Assembly (NCBI GenBank): GCA_030528355.1
Contig: JAUMZA010000001.1
Coordinates: 71,177-135,176, forward strand
Length of the DNA stretch: 64,000 nucleotides
From: Candidatus Saccharimonadota bacterium
Lineage (GTDB): Bacteria > Patescibacteriota > Saccharimonadia > Saccharimonadales > Saccharimonadaceae
Direction: 5' to 3'
Below the pieces are notes generated by a model. That model ran no database searches. It worked only from the letters and a program-made list of their open reading frames with translations, and was not told the DNA's origin. Each line of letters begins with the position of its first letter. Within the stretch, counting starts at the first letter, position 1. Below, in pieces: positions 61,798 through 64,000 of the stretch. The position numbers and the translations under genes are program-made.

Positions 61798-62757
61798 CTA
61801 ATAATTTGTTACCAATACTTCCGTTATTTTGCCTCGTCCAGTGCCTTTTGAATTTATGGCACGAGCAGCAGCTATTTTATTTATTATGATCCCATCAATC
61901 CCTGAGTATAACTCGTTAATAAACGGCGTGTCTGAATTAGAGAGCATAACAAAACACCCCTTTTCGTGCAGTTTTACAAATGCATCACGAAGTTCCGTTT
62001 GGTCTTTTTCTAAAAACCCTTCTGCCGTGTAAGAAGTGAACGACGACGTAGCGTTTATTGGGTAATAAGGCGGATCGAAGTATATAAAGTCACCACTTTG
62101 TGCGGCTTCTAAGACTTTTTTGTAATCCTGATGTGCAATTATCACGTCCTGCAAAGCACTTGATACTCGTCGCAGATTGTCTTCGTCACAGATAACAGGG
62201 TTGCTATATCGACCAAAAGGTACATTGAATTGGCCACTCTTATTTACTCGATAAAGGCCGTTGAAGCCTGTACGATTTAGGAATATGAATCGAGATGCGA
62301 TCTCTATGTCTGACAAATCCTCAACCTTTTTAGCACGAACTTTAAGGTAATATCCTTTGTCGTAAATATGTTTCTGTAATAACCCTATAAGCTCCTCAAC
62401 ATTATTTTTGATTACGTTATAGGTAATTACGAGCTCGTTGTTTAAGTCTGAAAGCTTAGCATTTTTCGGCAATAAATCAAAGAAGACAGCACCGCCGCCA
62501 ACAAAAGGCTCGTGGTAAGTATTTATCGTTGGATTGAATACCTCCGGTGGATACAGGCCAAGCTCACGGAACTGCTTAAGGAGTTGGCGCTTACCGCCGA
62601 CCCATTTTACAAATGGCCTAGGCTTTGCATTTATGAGTTTTTGCACATCTTCAAGAGTACCATCTTCTCCAACGGATTGGAAAAGTTGTTGTGCATAGAT
62701 AAAATTAACATTAAAAGCACTGGCGATATTTGCAGTAGTAAGACTACCTATAGACAT
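61798..62757 (-). CDS. Dam-family (D12 class) N6-adenine DNA methyltransferase (DpnM-like)
   Basis: PFVKWVGGKRQLLKQF (Dam motif I region), FIYFDPPYYPINATSSFTSYTAEGF (DPPY motif IV with the Dam-specific SxTAxFTxY), ATG at 62757 with GGAGGGG SD and an upstream TGcTATAAT extended -10. The ORF-track start at 62769 is TTG. Confidence 0.85.
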   Translation of the reverse strand: MSIGSLTTANIASAFNVNFIYAQQLFQSVGEDGTLEDVQKLINAKPRPFVKWVGGKRQLLKQFRELGLYPPEVFNPTINTYHEPFVGGGAVFFDLLPKNAKLSDLNNELVITYNVIKNNVEELIGLLQKHIYDKGYYLKVRAKKVEDLSDIEIASRFIFLNRTGFNGLYRVNKSGQFNVPFGRYSNPVICDEDNLRRVSSALQDVIIAHQDYKKVLEAAQSGDFIYFDPPYYPINATSSFTSYTAEGFLEKDQTELRDAFVKLHEKGCFVMLSNSDTPFINELYSGIDGIIINKIAAARAINSKGTGRGKITEVLVTNY

Positions 62758-63073
62758 AAACCCCTCCAATCCCTATATTCTCTATAAGGATTATAGCATA
62801 CTTTCAATGACCCAACTTCGTAAAGTTGAAAAACGGAGCCAAAATACCGAACCTCTTCGACTAAAAAGAAATTCGGCGGAAAAGTTAAAAATAAGGCAAA
62901 AGGTTTCTGACGGAACGAGCAGGTGCGTACACCCGAAGACACTGGAGCTGAACTGCACGACTCAGTTTTTACGCTCGCAATAGGTTCGAGCTTTGGTATA
63001 CATTGCCATCATTTCGAAACTAAAACAGAAATAGTCGCCTTACCTGGCGACCAAATCTCGGAAAATTTCATTT

Positions 63074-63149
63074 TGGTGCGGGTTAGGAGACTCTAACTCC
63101 TGGCCTCTTCCATGGCAAGGAAGCGCTCTAACAACTGAGCTAAACCCGC
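63074..63149 (-). tRNA. tRNA-Gly (anticodon GCC) with unusual U19-A56 tertiary pair and A73 discriminator
   Basis: GCGGGTTTAGCTCAGTTGTTAGAGCGCTTCCTTGCCATGGAAGAGGCCAGGAGTTAGAGTCTCCTAACCCGCACCA. All four stems are perfect; the T-loop is TTAGAGT and the D-loop AGTTGTTA. Confidence 0.75.
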
Positions 63150-63398
63150 ATAAAACAATCACTATCGATTGATATTTATCATTATAGCACCGCAGCATCA
63201 CAATAGCAATACCTTATTTCGCACCCAAATACCACTACACCTAGCCTCATAGTAAAGACAAGAGCAGCACAATACCATTTACATTGATGCTTATATTGCA
63301 ATTTGCTAAAATAAATGTCATAATATAATTACTCGTACAGCCACGCCTGTCGAGTGACCCTTGACAAGCAATTTCTATCTTCAGAGGATGTGATATCA

Positions 63399-64000
63399 AT
63401 GCAAGAAGATCGTCGTTCCATAGATGAGCTCCTTCATGTCAGAGTCCGAGAGAGCGTACTCGCAACCGTCATCGACATAGTCATGCCACCCGATCCGAAG
63501 CCTATGTTTATGTGGCCGCACTTTGTTGCTACCACGCACCGGCGATATTTTAAGGGGTATTATTTACACCTTATTGCAGCATCGCTACTCATCATTACGG
63601 TGGGACTGGTTATACTTTTGCATCGCATACCACTTTTACAAGAATCAGTATTATCGGTGCTTACTGCTATACTTGAGCAAATATTGCCGTCATCATGGGC
63701 TACGGCATTTGCCATCTTGTACGGTGTGACTATTGTGGTACTGTTTGGCAGCTTTATACATACCACTCCATTACAAAGGGCTCTTGATGAGATACCGATC
63801 CAAACATCAGCGTTGTACCGCTTTTTACTGTGGGCAGCCCTGCGCGAGGAGCAACTGTTTCGCTCTGGCAGCGAACGTTGGTCTTGGTTGCAGAAAATTC
63901 AAGCTAGCCTGGTATTTGGTGTGGCACACATTGTGAACATTTGGTATAGCTTTGCTGCCGGCATTGCATTAAGTGTGACAGGGCTTGGCTTTTTGCTAGT
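63399..64000 (+). CDS. CPBP-family intramembrane metalloprotease (CAAX protease / Abi-like), 5' partial in window (continues past the end)
   Basis: ATG at 63399 with AGAGGA SD. TM helices plus the CPBP motifs REEQLFR (EExxxR) and VFGVAHIVN (FxxxH). Absent from the ORF track because no stop lies within the window. Confidence 0.7.
   Translation, partial: MQEDRRSIDELLHVRVRESVLATVIDIVMPPDPKPMFMWPHFVATTHRRYFKGYYLHLIAASLLIITVGLVILLHRIPLLQESVLSVLTAILEQILPSSWATAFAILYGVTIVVLFGSFIHTTPLQRALDEIPIQTSALYRFLLWAALREEQLFRSGSERWSWLQKIQASLVFGVAHIVNIWYSFAAGIALSVTGLGFLL

Noticed and set aside
63003-63060. TTTCGAAAC and TGGCGACC strings just beyond the tRNA-Gly 3' end that might be a second tRNA or an att repeat
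   Set aside because: They cannot be folded into acceptor and T arms. No matching direct repeat of the tRNA-Gly 3' end was found at the other end of the island.

Overview
This window looks like the chromosome of a small-genome, fermentative bacterium; the strongest leads are a split leuS interrupted by an in-frame TAA and a tRNA-flanked GATC restriction-modification plus OLD-ATPase defence island. Most genes are on the minus strand in compact, often overlapping operons. Organism cues are a split transketolase, a D-lactate-dehydrogenase::phosphoglycerate-mutase fusion, several leaderless promoters and numerous lysine-rich membrane proteins, which resembles Saccharibacteria/CPR-like genomes; that assignment is inference only.

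Housekeeping content, in order along the window:
- uvrB
- a pentose-phosphate/glycolysis operon (rpiB, rpe, split tkt, fba, pfkB-family kinase)
- gap, rel (RelA/SpoT), ppa, trxB, an FKBP isomerase
- eno followed by the ldhA::gpmA fusion
- pheT and pheS (unlinked), two ABC transporters, a redox cluster (FMN reductase plus a class I disulfide oxidoreductase)
- a MIP/aquaporin, rmuC, a PAP2 phosphatase, a GltS-like symporter, mscS
- the rpsP-KH-trmD cluster, rnc, a Nudix hydrolase, nusB, rpmF
- leuS, murF, ligA, htpX, lemA, an SPFH protein

Four tRNAs are present: Gln-CUG, Ala-GGC, Gly-GCC and a degenerate Arg-like copy.

Two CDSs run off the window edges and are missing from the ORF track:
- A protein of at least 740 aa at 1..2220 (minus) with an apparently inactive trypsin-like domain.
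- A CPBP protease starting at 63399 (plus).

Notable non-housekeeping content:
1. leuS is cut by an in-frame TAA seven codons before the KMSKS motif, which leaves the same two-piece arrangement as Aquifex alpha/beta LeuRS.
2. A bacteriocin-type exporter cassette is decayed: hlyD carries an in-frame TAA and the ABC ATPase is truncated. It abuts a serine-recombinase remnant next to tRNA-Gln.
3. A 5 kb defence island lies between two converging tRNA 3' ends. It holds a frameshifted OLD/AAA_21-type ATPase-nuclease convergent with a DpnII/MboI-like methylase-endonuclease-methylase (predicted GATC) restriction-modification system.

No CRISPR array was found.
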